Shown here in pieces: positions 36,511 to 50,210 of a stretch of DNA of 64,000 nt; positions within the stretch are counted from its first letter, which is position 1, and every line of letters starts with the position of its first letter. Origin of the DNA: Octopus bimaculoides (lineage: Eukaryota); the NCBI RefSeq assembly GCF_001194135.2, contig NC_068988.1, positions 45,911,674 through 45,975,673 of the forward strand, given 5' to 3'. A program made the position numbers and the translations under genes. The notes under the pieces are model-generated. The model worked only from the letters and a program-made list of their open reading frames with translations. It did not search any database and had not been told where the DNA came from.

Positions 36511-37719
36511 GTAAAGAGGGAGATAAAAGCAGTGTAATACACACACAAGGCAGACAGATATGCACATACCTATGATAAATATAAGAAATAGAGATAAATA
36601 GATAAACACAAAGAAATAAACTGTATAAAGGGCATGGATACAAACAGCATGGGAAAGTGAACCCATATACACACACACATACACATACAATAACTTCACA
36701 AACAGTCACATCAACAACATGACCAACTATGACTACAGCAACAACAACAACTACCACAATGACAGCAGTGTGGGCAAACAGAATAGTACCAAAAGTGTGA
36801 GTAATATGTATTAACGTATTGTGTAGGCTACATATGTCTTCAGAGACAGACTTCAGGCATTTGTTTATCTGCTTGTTGCACAGAAAATGTGAGAAATTAA
36901 AGTAACTTTACAAAACCCCCTTTCAATCAATGTAAATAACACTATATTAAAAAGGTGTCACTTATTTTCTTTGAATTCAGATATTCAAATCACAAAAGAA
37001 AGTGATCTGATTGCACTTCATTAAGAGAAAACCAGTAGGAATAATGAAAAGTAGAAGATGGGTGTAGGAAGGATATTCAAAAATGAGGTTAAATTTTAGA
37101 AAGAAATTCGAAAGTGTAAAGAGCAAGGAAAGCCTGGTGTGTTTTCCAGTTTCATAAAAGGATGAATGAATTTTTTTGAGGATTGTCCTGTTTTCTGCTG
37201 TGCACTTGTCACACATATGACATCCAATCTGGGAAACTAGAATAAAATGTGCATGAAACAATGTTAAAACTAATAGAGGAAAAATATTTTTGATAACTAA
37301 CAGAGCAAAACATCACTCATCATCATAGATAAAGAAAATATAATATACAAAACCTTACAATTAGTTATAGGTGTACCACAAATATGAAAAATATATGACA
37401 TAAACTAATACACACACACACACGCATGCATCCACACATACATGCGTATGTACATACGTACATACATATATACATTGGGGTGCTGGGATATGTAATGCAC
37501 TGCCTAAATATCAATCTTGAGAAATTAGGCTTCTCAAAGCAAGAAAAAGGAAAGCTGATTCGAAGACTGCTGCTCCAAGCCATCACTGGTACTGTAAAAA
37601 CCTGTAAAACTTTCCAGAAGTTTATTAATTAAGTATATATGAGCAGGTCTAGATATACAACTATATGCATGTGAAGACATACATAAAACTAAACATATAC
37701 AAATCTGCATGTATGCATA

Positions 37720-37860
37720 CATACATACATACATACATACAAAAGTACCCTGTTGATGTTGAAATTTCAATGAAGGAACCTTGGATCTAGGTTAGAAATT
37801 GACCCTTTCTCTATGGGCAAGAAATCTTGAAATAAAACTGAATGACATACATACATACAG
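37720..37860. repeat. Short interspersed element flanked by (CATA)n
   Basis: About 100 nt of unique core (GATGTTGAAATTTCAATGAAGGAACCTTGGATCTAGG...) between CATA tracts. Confidence 0.5.
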
Positions 37861-38089
37861 ACACTTACACTCACATATATTTAAGTATGTATATTCTGTG
37901 TATTTTTGAATGAAATACAAGAGGACCACAACCAACTCAACAAAGGACCCTGTACACTGGAGATTTATAGTGCATTTTCTTATGTCAAAGAAAGTTACAG
38001 GGAAGTAACTATTTGTAGTGGTTAGATGTGTATCATGGTAAACAGATGCAAAAGGAATGTGTATGCCTTTGAAGTAAACAAATGAGTGA

Positions 38090-38300
38090 AAGGATTCATA
38101 ATTAAAAATAATTTATTCCCTGACATGGCTTTAGGTCGAAGGTCAAAGGGAGATCCTCAATCACTTTTTGACAGGACAAAGAAAATCTGTTTTCGCACCC
38201 GTTGATTGTGGTGGTTTGGACAACTGAGAATTCTTAGATTCAGTTTCGAATCTTGGCTTGGAGAAGGAAGTGTTAATTTTTACATATTGCAATAAATAAT
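38090..38300 (+). mobile_element. Possible decayed L1/Tx1 ORF2 fragment
   Basis: QREILNHFLTGQRKSVFAPVDCGGL resembles the post-RT PxxxGGL motif. Confidence 0.3.
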
Positions 38301-39296
38301 GAATTTCATTTGAGGCCAGGTAGAAAATAAAAACTGGAAATGACTACATTTATTCTTAAGTCAAAGTAAAGAAAAATAAGAATGTATAACAAAAATATCA
38401 CACAGAATAACTTTTCTAAAGAGATGAGTAACTTTTTAGAAATAAATAAAATCTTCCATATAAAAAAATGAAAGTAGCACAGTCCTTAGTTGGAAGAATG
38501 GAAACATATCAAATCAGACAGGGATATAAGTGAGTGACAACTATTGTCAGAACATCATGACAAGGCAGAAATTAAGAGAGAGAGTGTGTGGGAGAAGAGA
38601 AAGAAAAAAAAATTTGAAATTTTCAACAGAACAACTGAAATGTATATTGAAAATGTTTTTTATAGCTTGAACAAAGAGAAAAAGTCACTGCATATATTTT
38701 TAAAAATTATAATGCAGAAGCTGGAAGAACAAGAGCAATATTTATCAAAATTATTCATTACTATACTGAACTTAACAACTGTAAAATATTGACAGTAAAT
38801 AAATAATCTATACAATAAATAACTAAGCTAATTTCAGGAAGAATAATAAATTAGAAGAAAGAATTTAAATTAAAATAAATTCAATGCAAAGCCTGATAAA
38901 GCACTCTTAATGAAATGTTTATGAGACAAATACTGGTTGGACATAAAATAAAGTTGAGGCTAAAAACAACACACCAATAAGTGAAAAAGAAAAACTGAAA
39001 TAAAGCATATCATATGCATTGCAATCAAATAATGGCATTCAAATTTAAATGAACATATATTATTAACACATAGTAAGAGTGTGTGTGTGTGTATTTGTAT
39101 ATATGTATGTATGTATATACATATCTCTATCTATATATATGTGTGTGTGCGTGTATATATATATATATATGTGTGTATGTCTATATAGCTTTCTCTGTGT
39201 GTGTATATATATATATATATTTATACACACACATGTATGTAAATATATCTATATAGCTTTCTCTGTATATGTATATATATATATGATGATGATGAT

Positions 39297-39330
<34 letters not shown>

Positions 39331-39884
39331 GGCTAAGAAAGAGAGAGAGAGTGAGAAAGTGAAGAGAGAATTATTAGATAAATGAAACTTAGAAACATTT
39401 ATATGCATATGTAAATATGCTTGTACATGTAGTTTGTTCATTATTACAGTTAGATACTTAAGAAGCAGTGCCATATAATAGAACTATAAAAGTAATCTAG
39501 TATTTCAAACTATACACAATCAAGTGTTTCAAGTATATAAAAGAATACATTATAAGATAAGTGATTTGGGAAATTTACAAAAGCAGTTATAATAAATAAT
39601 TAATGTTAAAACATTATATTATAGTGTAGATTATGCATATATAATTATACATTTTGGGTATTTAAATTTTGCCTGGTGGCAGACATAACTTACTGTCTTA
39701 GCAAAAATGAATTTCATAATAAATTATAATAATTATAATAATTTGATTTTGTAATAAATGCTTTGTTGTTATTCATATACGTACTTTAATATAAAAACCT
39801 TAATGTAAAATTTGGTACAAAAATTATTTACTCTTTGTGATTGATATTTAAATGAAGTAAGGTGATGTGTTGGAAGAATTGTTA

Positions 39885-40290
39885 GGTGTAGGAGTGGTTG
39901 TGTGGTAAGTAGCTCGCTTACCAACCACATGATTCTGGGTTCAGTCCCACTGTGTGGCACCTTGGGAAAGTGTCTTCTACTATAGCTTCGGGCCAACAAA
40001 AGCCTTGTGAGTGGATTTCGTAGACAGAAACTGAAAGCAGCCCGTTGTATACATATAAATATATGTTTGTGTGTGTGTGTGTATGTTTGTGTGTCTGTGT
40101 TTATCCCCCCAACATCGCTTGACAACCGATGCTGGTCTGTTTACGTACCCGTAACTTAGTGGTTTGGCAAAAGAAACCGATAGAATAAGTACTAGGCTTA
40201 CAAAGAATAAGTCCTGGGGTCGATTTGCTCGACTAAAGGCGGTGCTCCAGCATGGCCACAGTCAAATGACTGAAACAAGTAAAAGAGATA
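39885..40290 (+). mobile_element. SINE family B, full length
   Basis: tRNA-like head, GGCACCTTGGGAAAGTGTCTTC core, internal TA/GT microsatellite, 3' end ATGACTGAAACAAGTAAAAGAG. Confidence 0.93.
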
Positions 40291-40334
40291 CTAAATAAAA
40301 TGTTTAGTAACATTTAATCAATCTTCTTGTTCTG

Positions 40335-40485
40335 AATTAAAATTCTGGTGGGGTCGACTTTGCCTTTCATCACTTTGGGGTCGATAAAAATAAGTACCAG
40401 TTGAACACTGGAGTTAATGTAATCAATTAGTTCCCATTCCAGAAATTACTGGCTTTGTGTCAAAATATGAAATCAATATTTCAAA
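40335..40485 (+). mobile_element. SINE family A (5'-truncated)
   Basis: GGGTCGACTTTGCCTTTCATCACTTTGGGGTCGATAAAAATAAGTACCAG. Confidence 0.85.
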
Positions 40486-41567
40486 GAAGTTAAAATTTAA
40501 CGCAAATATAACTTGAGAAGCGGTTAGAGATGTTACCCGAGTAACTGCAAGGGAAATAATTTAATAACACAAAAATGTATTAAGAAAACAAAGTTACTAC
40601 CATTCAATCAAAAGAGACAGTGTAATTTGGTTATGCCATAATATATACAAAGGAGGTAAGAAAACACAGAACATACTGAAGATCTTGGAATAAGCAAAAC
40701 AATTGCCTTTAAACAGTATAGCAGGAATTCTAAGGGGTCATTGAAGATGCGCACTTATGCAACAAGTATTGTAATGGTTACTTCATTGCAGGAAATAATA
40801 TCAATAGGATACAAGAAACCCCAAACAATGTACGGAATAAATTGTGGAAGGTTAGATACAAAGCCTGGCAGCATATGAGAAATGCTTTAATGTAGCTTAT
40901 AACAAAATGTAAATAAATAATAGTTACAAATGAAACTAAGATAGTAAAGCTTAAGGGAAGGAAGAATATATGAGACGTAAGACAAATCATATGTAGTCAA
41001 TAGTTTACAGATATACTTAATAGGAAATAAAGCTCAGTGTTCAAATCTTAGTCAAATAGTTAGAGGTAAAACAATATAAAGGTATACAATATTTATTTTT
41101 TAATGAAGTACAAGCTAGAAATATTATTTCATCATTTGTAACATACATACTCAAAGCAGTGTATACGTATATATATTGTGATATCCACTATATCAAGAAA
41201 TGACCAATGTAAGATTTTAAATATATATATAGGAAGAAACAATGAACAAAAACAGGAAAACGTGAAGGCTAGGCAGGCTTTTTCAACCGGCTGGTCGGCT
41301 ACTTCAGGCTGATTACGAGCAATGACTCAGAAACATGTCCCTGAATGCAAACTAAAGCTGGGTGGGGAAGCTTGTCTCCCCTTCACAAATATAAGGACAC
41401 AGGAAATGTGTAAAGGCCAACAGGAAGCGGTCTAGCTTCCTAGGGTTAAATAGCAGCAGTATAATTCCCTTAATGGGTCTGTCACATTAAGTTGACAGTA
41501 AACAACTGCTTTATAAATGAAGGTGTTTGAGGGAAACTGTATTACAGGTCCAGAATTGGCTTATGCA

Positions 41568-41604
<37 letters not shown>

Positions 41605-41934
41605 ATGCACGTATGTGTGTCTGTGTGTGTGGTTTCCCCTTTCAGATCCTACACTAAACACTTATCTAATCTTTGTAGTCCAAATTAATATATTTACAAC
41701 AGAACTCGTTTATAGAGAGTCAAGCTCCAGTGAGCTGTAATGATTTCACCATTCTTAACAGAATGCTCTTGCTACTCCAACAAAGGATGTGAAAGTACTT
41801 TGACAAACCAAGCTGATTGACTGACTGACTGAACAATTATACAAAGAGTTGATTAGTTAATTGGTTAAAGAACTAAATAGTTGACTAATAATAATAAAAG
41901 TAAAATAGAGCCCATGTGTGTTTGCTGTTGGCAT

Positions 41935-42130
41935 AACCACCTTCCCAAGATACGATAAAATATTACTAATGCAAACCAACCGCAGGACTTATTCTTTGTA
42001 AGTCTAGTACTTATTCTATTGGTCTCTTTTTGCTGAACTGTTAAGTTATGGGTACGTAAACACACCAGCATTGGTTGTCAAGCGATGTTGGAGGGACAAA
42101 CACAGACACACAAACATATACACACATGCA
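41935..42130 (-). mobile_element. SINE family B 3' part, running into a TA/TAAA array and a gap
   Basis: Reverse complement of the family B tail. Confidence 0.85.
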
Positions 42131-42315
42131 TATATATATATATATATATAAAACAATAAATATATATATAAATAAAAAACAAATAAATATATATAAATAA
42201 ATATATATATAAATATATATATAAATAAATAAATATATAAATAAATATATATATAAATATATATATATAAATAAATAAATATATAAATAAATAAATATAT
42301 ATATATAAATAAATA
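42130..42315. repeat. (TA)n/(TAAA)n low-complexity array
   Basis: Direct reading. Confidence 0.95.
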
Positions 42316-43394
42316 NNNNNNNNNNNNNNNNNNNNNNNNNNNNNNNNNNNNNNNNNNNNNNNNNNNNNNNNNNNNNNNNNNNNNNNNNNNNNNNNNNNNN
42401 NNNNNNNNNNNNNNNNNNNNNNNNNNNNNNNNNNNNNNNNNNNNNNNNNNNNNNNNNNNNNNNNNNNNNNNNNNNNNNNNNNNNNNNNNNNNNNNNNNNN
42501 NNNNNNNNNNNNNNNNNNNNNNNNNNNNNNNNNNNNNNNNNNNNNNNNNNNNNNNNNNNNNNNNNNNNNNNNNNNNNNNNNNNNNNNNNNNNNNNNNNNN
42601 NNNNNNNNNNNNNNNNNNNNNNNNNNNNNNNNNNNNNNNNNNNNNNNNNNNNNNNNNNNNNNNNNNNNNNNNNNNNNNNNNNNNNNNNNNNNNNNNNNNN
42701 NNNNNNNNNNNNNNNNNNNNNNNNNNNNNNNNNNNNNNNNNNNNNNNNNNNNNNNNNNNNNNNNNNNNNNNNNNNNNNNNNNNNNNNNNNNNNNNNNNNN
42801 NNNNNNNNNNNNNNNNNNNNNNNNNNNNNNNNNNNNNNNNNNNNNNNNNNNNNNNNNNNNNNNNNNNNNNNNNNNNNNNNNNNNNNNNNNNNNNNNNNNN
42901 NNNNNNNNNNNNNNNNNNNNNNNNNNNNNNNNNNNNNNNNNNNNNNNNNNNNNNNNNNNNNNNNNNNNNNNNNNNNNNNNNNNNNNNNNNNNNNNNNNNN
43001 NNNNNNNNNNNNNNNNNNNNNNNNNNNNNNNNNNNNNNNNNNNNNNNNNNNNNNNNNNNNNNNNNNNNNNNNNNNNNNNNNNNNNNNNNNNNNNNNNNNN
43101 NNNNNNNNNNNNNNNNNNNNNNNNNNNNNNNNNNNNNNNNNNNNNNNNNNNNNNNNNNNNNNNNNNNNNNNNNNNNNNNNNNNNNNNNNNNNNNNNNNNN
43201 NNNNNNNNNNNNNNNNNNNNNNNNNNNNNNNNNNNNNNNNNNNNNNNNNNNNNNNNNNNNNNNNNNNNNNTATTCCTACATATGTTTCACATAGGTTGTA
43301 ATCCTTTGAAACATATGTAGGAATAAAGTATGCAATTATAACATGCGTTTTCTCCATTCCTTAAATTTTTAAATATATATATATATATATATTT

Positions 43395-43530
43395 ACTGGT
43401 CATTGTTGACTTACAACCTATCGGACTTATGACGATTGGCGTGCCAGCTCCCGACAGCAATAATAAATAGTCCAGTTGAAATGCAATGGGTTTAATTTCT
43501 TAGATATTAACCGACTTACGGATGACATTA
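43395..43530 (+). mobile_element. Tigger/pogo-type terminal fragment
   Basis: TACTGGTCATTGTTGACTTACAACC..GACTTATGACG...CGACTTACG resembles Tigger CAG..C.CGACTTACGAC ends. Confidence 0.4.
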
Positions 43531-44824
43531 ACTAACAAAGGCTTATCCTAGGTTTAGTTTTCGATCACCACTGTGGTTATCACAAGTGTTCTATATATCC
43601 TGTCGCAGAGAAATCAAGGCAACCTTGTATTTGTTTATTAGACAACTGCATGAGACTCTGAACTTATAACACTGTTGTAGTATAATACAGAATTCTGTGT
43701 GTGACTTTTACCTGAGAATGTACCTCAAGGATGTAAAAATATAAAGCAAAGCTATGTAGGCCGACTTTTGATGAAATTCAGAACCATTTGTGGTCACAAG
43801 TCGATGACCTCTATATATTATGAGAAAGAACATGAAATTTGTTTGAGATTTTTGAAAAGAAATATTTATTCATATCATAAACAAAAAGACGTCATTGCTA
43901 CAAATGACAAACACCAAATTGGTTTGAAGCTTGTTGTCCTTAGACTAGTTATGATTGTAGTAGCTGTCAAGATATCTGATCTTTGTATGATGCTGTTACA
44001 ATTTGGCCATTGTTTTTGTGTTGTGACAGCTCTCTGGCTAGTTGCTGCTTCTGCTACAATCTTTTGTGTCTGATCTGATGTCCTCCATCTGTCGCTAGTG
44101 GCTAAAATGGTTTAAATATATATATAATGGTGGGTTGCTCAGAAAACTCATGCCAAAGATGAAATTGCTGTTAGATCTGGTTCCACATGAAGTCTTGTAT
44201 AGTCAATTGTTTTTTTTTAACGACGTTGGTAATATTCTGGAGAATCACAATCATATTATGAGTTGTGTTTTTTTTTACATCAGATAAAGTGATCCAGCTT
44301 CAATTGCTAAATATTCCTGCTACATATATATATTCTACCAGTCCCTTTTGCTGGACCTATAAGTTATGGGGACGTAAACACAGCAACACTGAAAGAAGCC
44401 CATCATATATATCTATATATATATATATATGTGTGTGTGTGAATAAAAATAAATATACAAAATAAAAATATTAAAAAATATATACAAAAAAGGGTTTTGT
44501 ATGATCATGTATAGAGGAATATGTTATTTAAAAGAGTTCCAACTCTGTCTGTTTTTTATGTTTTATTTATATTCTTATAAAAATAATGTGGGATATAGAA
44601 TATGGAATACATAATATAATATAAATAGTAAAATGAAATGAAATATTGAATGTCTTATTCAATATATGAAATATTGAGTATTAAATATAGAGAATCAAAC
44701 ACACACACACATGCACACACACACNNNNNNNNNNNNNNNNNNNNNNNNNNNNNNNNNNNNNNNNNNNNNNNNNNNNNNNNNNNNNNNNNNNNNNNNNNNN
44801 NNNNNNNNNNNNNNNNNNNNNNNN

Positions 44825-44859
<35 letters not shown>

Positions 44860-44863
<4 letters not shown>

Positions 44864-45100
44864 TATGTGTGTGTGTGTATGTGTATATGTTTGTGTGTCT
44901 GTGTTTGTCCCCCATTCAACATCACTTGACAACTGATACTGGTGTGTTTATGTTCCTGTGACCTAGCAGTTCAGCAAAACAGACTGATAGAATAAGTACT
45001 AGGCTTATAAAGAAAATGTCCTGGGTTCAATTTGTTTGACTAAAAGCAGTGCTCCATCATGGCCACAATCAAATGACTGAAACAAGTAAAAGAATTAAAG
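44860..45100 (+). mobile_element. SINE family B 3' part
   Basis: GTGTCTGTGTTTGTCCCC...GACTGATAGAATAAGTACTAGGC...ATGACTGAAACAAGTAAAAG. Confidence 0.88.
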
Positions 45101-45559
45101 AATATATATTATATCTTGTGTACAGTTAGATATATGTCTGCTGCTGTTGAGTTTAGACCATTGACTCCTCTTTAGCCACTTCTCCTTCCACATTGACCCC
45201 CTTTAGACACTTCTCCTTTCACATTGACCACCCTCACCATTTAAAATATCTTAATACCCTACCCTACCATATCATATCTTAAATGTGTACCGGTACTGAT
45301 TCTGGCAATTAAAATATTAGCTAAAATATGCATGTGCAACAAATTAAGTAATTCTATTGAAGATGGCTCACTTTTTACATTTAAAACTACGTGTACGAGT
45401 ATACAGTATAAAACTTTCAATTTTTATGAAATTGTTGTCATGGTTAGAAAATGTGAAAAACACATCATGTTGCTGGAATATCTTTTACTGAAATTGACAA
45501 CATCAATGTGAGGGATGAGCATGGCATTGACTAAGTATTTCAAGCAGTTCATCTGGGTG

Positions 45560-45668
45560 AGCTGGACTTTTGCACACCGACCCCACTTCAACCCCTTGGC
45601 TATCATCGCCCCCTGGAATTCCTTGCTGACCCCTAGGGGGTCCCTCGGACTCCCTTTGGCGACCCCTG
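45560..45668. mobile_element. hAT-type MITE right end
   Basis: Ends GGGGGTCCCTCGGACTCCCTTTGGCGACCCCTG, the reverse complement of a CAGGGGTCGCCAAA hAT-like TIR; left TIR not found. Confidence 0.5.
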
Positions 45669-46498
45669 ATGTAGATTATTACCATCCAGTCAGCCTCCAA
45701 TATAGTTGTTTTGTGTTCTACTATATTCAGTAGTTATATGCTGAGCAAATGCAGGAGAAATAATTATAAACACAAGTTTGTATTCTTTTGTTTCTTACAC
45801 ACGTCTTACCCTTCTGGTTGTTTGGATCCTTTGCATTGGATGTATATATGTATGTATATATCTGTTCCCAAATGCATCTGTAAATGCTTTCATTCCATAT
45901 TCAAGCATGAAAGCATCAAGCAAAAATAAACAGTAGTGTTTGTTGACATACTCTACTAATAAATTGTCTTATATGTCTGTAATTTCAAAGACAAGACATG
46001 CCGAAAATCCATAACTCAAAAAAATAGGTAAGGGTTTTCAATAACAAGTGCATCTAGCCATAAACCAATGCCTTAATATGTATTTATCCAAACTATGCTA
46101 GAACTGAAAAGAAAACAAATGGATCTAAAACGAACGGAATGAAAGATAAATAAAATAAATGTACAAAATATTAATATGTAAACTAAGTAACTTACTGCAA
46201 GTTGTGAGAATACACTGATTGAAATATATTGTGGAACATAGAAACACAGACATGACATTCATTTTGAAAACCAAATCTATCCACTTTCATTTTCCCTGCC
46301 GTCCACATTTTTTTTTTCTTGCAGCTATCATCATGTTGTTGGGAATGTTTAAATCCCCAAACGTCAATTTATTTGGTCATCCATAGCTTGTTGTTGTCAC
46401 AATGTTGGCACTTCTGGCATTTGATTTTCCTGCTTCTACACACACACACACACACTGTCTACCTATACACATAATTCTTTGCTTACTCTAGGCCAGTA

Positions 46499-46503
<5 letters not shown>

Positions 46504-46549
<46 letters not shown>
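46504..46549. repeat. (CT)n microsatellite, followed by a long TA/CA low-complexity block (46620-47270)
   Basis: Direct reading. Confidence 0.9.
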
Positions 46550-46551
<2 letters not shown>

Positions 46552-47749
46552 TAAGTATTGCTACTTCACAATAGTGGTGAGTATGGTAGGTAAGAAGAAG
46601 GAGTCATTTGGAGCAGACATGAAATGTGTATTCATATGTATATGCACACACAGCATCTTTTAAAATGTATGTGCGTGTTTGTATATATTTATATATATAT
46701 ATATATATATTTACATACACATATATATATACATACATATTATATATATTATATATATACACATACACATATACGTACATGTATGTATGTGTGCATTTAT
46801 GTATGTATGTACGTGTTATGCGTTATCATCATGTATATACACACAACAATGTGTGCACACTCATCTATATTTTTATGCTTGTATGTGGAGATATATCATT
46901 GCACATAAGTGTGTATATACGTATGTGCACTTGTACACAGTAGTTATATATGTGTATATATATTATAGAGATTTATGCATATGTGGTTTAATATATAGTT
47001 TACATGAGTGTATATATGCATTCTAGTACAATTGTTGAACTATTCTCAACACCAACATTTAATTTGCTTTTCTATTACTTCCTTTGTCCCCACTGTGGAT
47101 ATGTGTACATACATAGCTTCATAGACACACACACACACACACATATATATATACACACACACATATATACATGTACACACACTGATTTATACATACAAAC
47201 ATACTTGCAACAAAACATACATACATACACACATACACACACACATACATACATATATATACACACACACATCGTGAATGTCAGAGATGTTTGTCAGAAA
47301 ATTGTTGCTTTCTCTGTTGTCATGACGAAAAAAAGTCATTGCTTCCACATTGGCAGTAAATAATAATAATAATAATGATAATAATAGCAATAACAACAGC
47401 AGAGGAATAAGTCAGAAACAAACGAAAAAGCAAAATGAACATGAAATAAAGAAAATAACAACATTAAGGATTCTTCTTCTTAATATATACCTTCCAAAGT
47501 ATCTTATTTTATGTTATGGACTTTTGCTAAATCAATAATGGGAAGATTTTGAACAAACTGCATATTGATAGTCTAAGACAATATTTCTCAGATATTTGCC
47601 CGACATGGTATAGCATTGATATAAATTGGCATATCTTCTTTTGGTATGTGTTAAAATCTGGAATTCAAGAAAACTTGTATGCACCTGCTTCAGTAAACAA
47701 GAGAAATAGAGCCACTGAGAGTGTTTGAAAGTATGAGTAACATTGATTG

Positions 47750-48320
47750 TTGTAGAAGGAACTTTCCTCTCAACACCTCACATTTTCCCTTCAAGTGGAA
47801 TTTGAAGAAGTTGATGAGGGCTTCACTGTTCAGCATACAATCATTATTTTATGTCATAACCACCATGCACTAAAACAACTGTCTGCTCTTCCCAGATGAA
47901 GGAAGATGGCAGAGCAATCCCAACAATGACCTCTGCTGATAGATTTATATGTTCTACATGAAACAACTACTGTTCATCATAACTTCACATGTCAGCAATG
48001 CCTGGATACTAAATGAGTGTGTGCAGAATGATTTAATTACTTTTTCTGGTTCCATTTCAGCTAGGCTTAGCTGATGGTAAATTTGTCTCAGTTGAGTTTA
48101 TCCTAAACTAACCACATCCTCTGGCTGCATGGCCAGATCAGAGATTTCTAAAAAATTTTTCCATTGTCTCTAAGTTGAGGTTTCTCATGAACAATGTGTA
48201 TAGTTGATTTTCATTGAACCCAAGTATCTCCCGCAAGAATATTGCCATTCTTGCTCACCACTGATCCTTTATGCAAAGCTTGATACACTCTCATAGAAAA
48301 CTGTAAATGCTTAACAATAT
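47750..48320 (-). mobile_element. Highly decayed Gypsy integrase fragment
   Basis: ALHKGSVVSK..LA..TW (LHxGH...WW region), WPCSQRMW, GIADM*SYDEQ (GIP...SDNG equivalent). Weak; a plus-strand RNase H reading is not excluded. Confidence 0.35.
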
Positions 48321-49369
48321 TCTAACTGCCAAGCCCTAGACTTGATCTTCAGTAGAGCCAGCATTCCAACACCATTAAAGAAACAAAATATGAGACAATA
48401 TATCTGAGAAATAGTAACTAAACCCAAGCTCTGCCCAGAAATAGCAGATGCTGCTAACTCACTTCACATTAGCACATCATCAGCTACAACATACTGTGCA
48501 GATGCTGGTAGCAGATGGACATTCTGATCAGTAGAATGCACCCCCTCCACAAAAAGTGAAAGAGCAGACACTAATAACAGAAATAATAATAATAGTATTT
48601 AAACATCAGCATACATAATAAACGTTCTATAAAATACATTTTATTGCTTATTTTATTCAACTTTTAACACATCTATCTATTTAACAAATCCAAGCACTTC
48701 TTTGCCCTTTAAGATTCTGAACTGAATCTAACAATTGAGAAAGTGAATAGATTGCTTTATATATTCAGTATAATGACGTCACTAGCCAATAGCAATAAAA
48801 GAAAGAAGAAAAATACAAAATAGAAAAACACCTAGCACTACAGTCACCGCAGCTACTACCACTAAAACCAATACAAGCGATACCCATCCCTTCCTCCTAC
48901 CACCTCAACCATCTATAATGAACTGAGATGTTTGATTTCAATATTAATGCTTTCTAGCTTCTCTTATTCCTCTCCCCTTCTCCCAATCCTTGGTCGATAC
49001 TCCACCATCCCAACCAAGAAAGATTCTTCTCACTAAAGAATCTCAAGTCTCCTATTTGGAAAGATAAGTTCATCTGTGTTTGAGACTGTGTGCGTGTGTG
49101 TACACATGCATGTCTGTGCACGTGTATGTGTGTAAATACATGCATGTGTGCACATAAATAATGCAGATATACTAATATAATACTATACTGATACATACAG
49201 ATACACAGTTGCATATAAATACAAATACATATTTGTGTGGTGAATACATTTATATATATATATATATATATTTATATATNNNNNNNNNNNNNNNNNNNNN
49301 NNNNNNNNNNNNNNNNNNNNNNNNNNNNNNNNNNNNNNNNNNNNNNNNNNNNNNNNNNNNNNNNNNNNN

Positions 49370-49409
<40 letters not shown>

Positions 49410-49926
49410 GATATGTATGTGTGTGTATATAATATATATACATTACACACACACATACACATATATTATATATTATACACACACACACATAGATACTATA
49501 TATATATATATATAGATAGATATACACATCAGGAGAGTTTTGTTTGTTGTAAGAGACACCATCTTAAAGATGTGCATTGTTTGATGATAGAAAGCTTGTG
49601 ATGAATTGGTGTTAGCATATTGCAACAACAACAATGGTCAAAATACCTACCCCCCCTCTCCTCTTCACTTTACCCTATCACCCTACTTATTTGCTGCAGT
49701 CCTTCAACCCCGGCTGCAAATGCCTGCTAAAGGTCATGTTCTGGTTTGGTGTTGATGGGAAAGAGTTGGGGGTATCACACTGTCCATCCGAGGTGTATAT
49801 GTGCTTTCATACAGAATGGATAGAAGAATTGTTGGTTACATATATGTTTGTATGTGTGTGAGTGAGACAGAGATTGGTTTCAGTTGTGGATGCATTTGTG
49901 TATCTGAGTGAAAATATATTTGAATT

Positions 49927-49959
<33 letters not shown>

Positions 49960-50049
49960 GTGGAAGAAACTATATAAGTCTCTATTTGTTACTGTAACTA
50001 TTTTCACTTGACATGTTTGCAGCCAGAATCATTAGCACACCAGGCAAAG

Positions 50050-50210
50050 TGCATAGCATTAATTTGTGTGGCTCTTAGTGTTCTGAGTTCAAATTCTGCA
50101 TGGGCTGACTTTGCCTTTCAGCCTTTTGGAGTTGGTGAAATAAGTACCAGTCGATGTAATCCACTTAGCCCACTCCCTAGAAATTGCTGGCCTTGTGCCA
50201 AAAGTTTGAA
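50050..50210 (+). mobile_element. SINE family A
   Basis: TTCTGAGTTCAAATTCTG...GACTTTGCCTTTCAGCCTTTTGGAGTTGGTGAAATAAGTACCAG. Confidence 0.82.

Noticed and set aside
40500-41050. Purine-rich stretch that may be a decayed LINE
   Set aside because: No diagnostic motif could be read.
45424-45733. Three overlapping GC-rich ORFs
   Set aside because: The GC content is explained by a hAT-type MITE end (TTTGGCGACCCCTG).
46324-46390. Strong plus-strand acceptor (T10-CTTGCAG) with short frame AIIMLLGMFKSPNVNLFGHP*
   Set aside because: Isolated, with no supporting upstream exon; poly-T tracts are common here.
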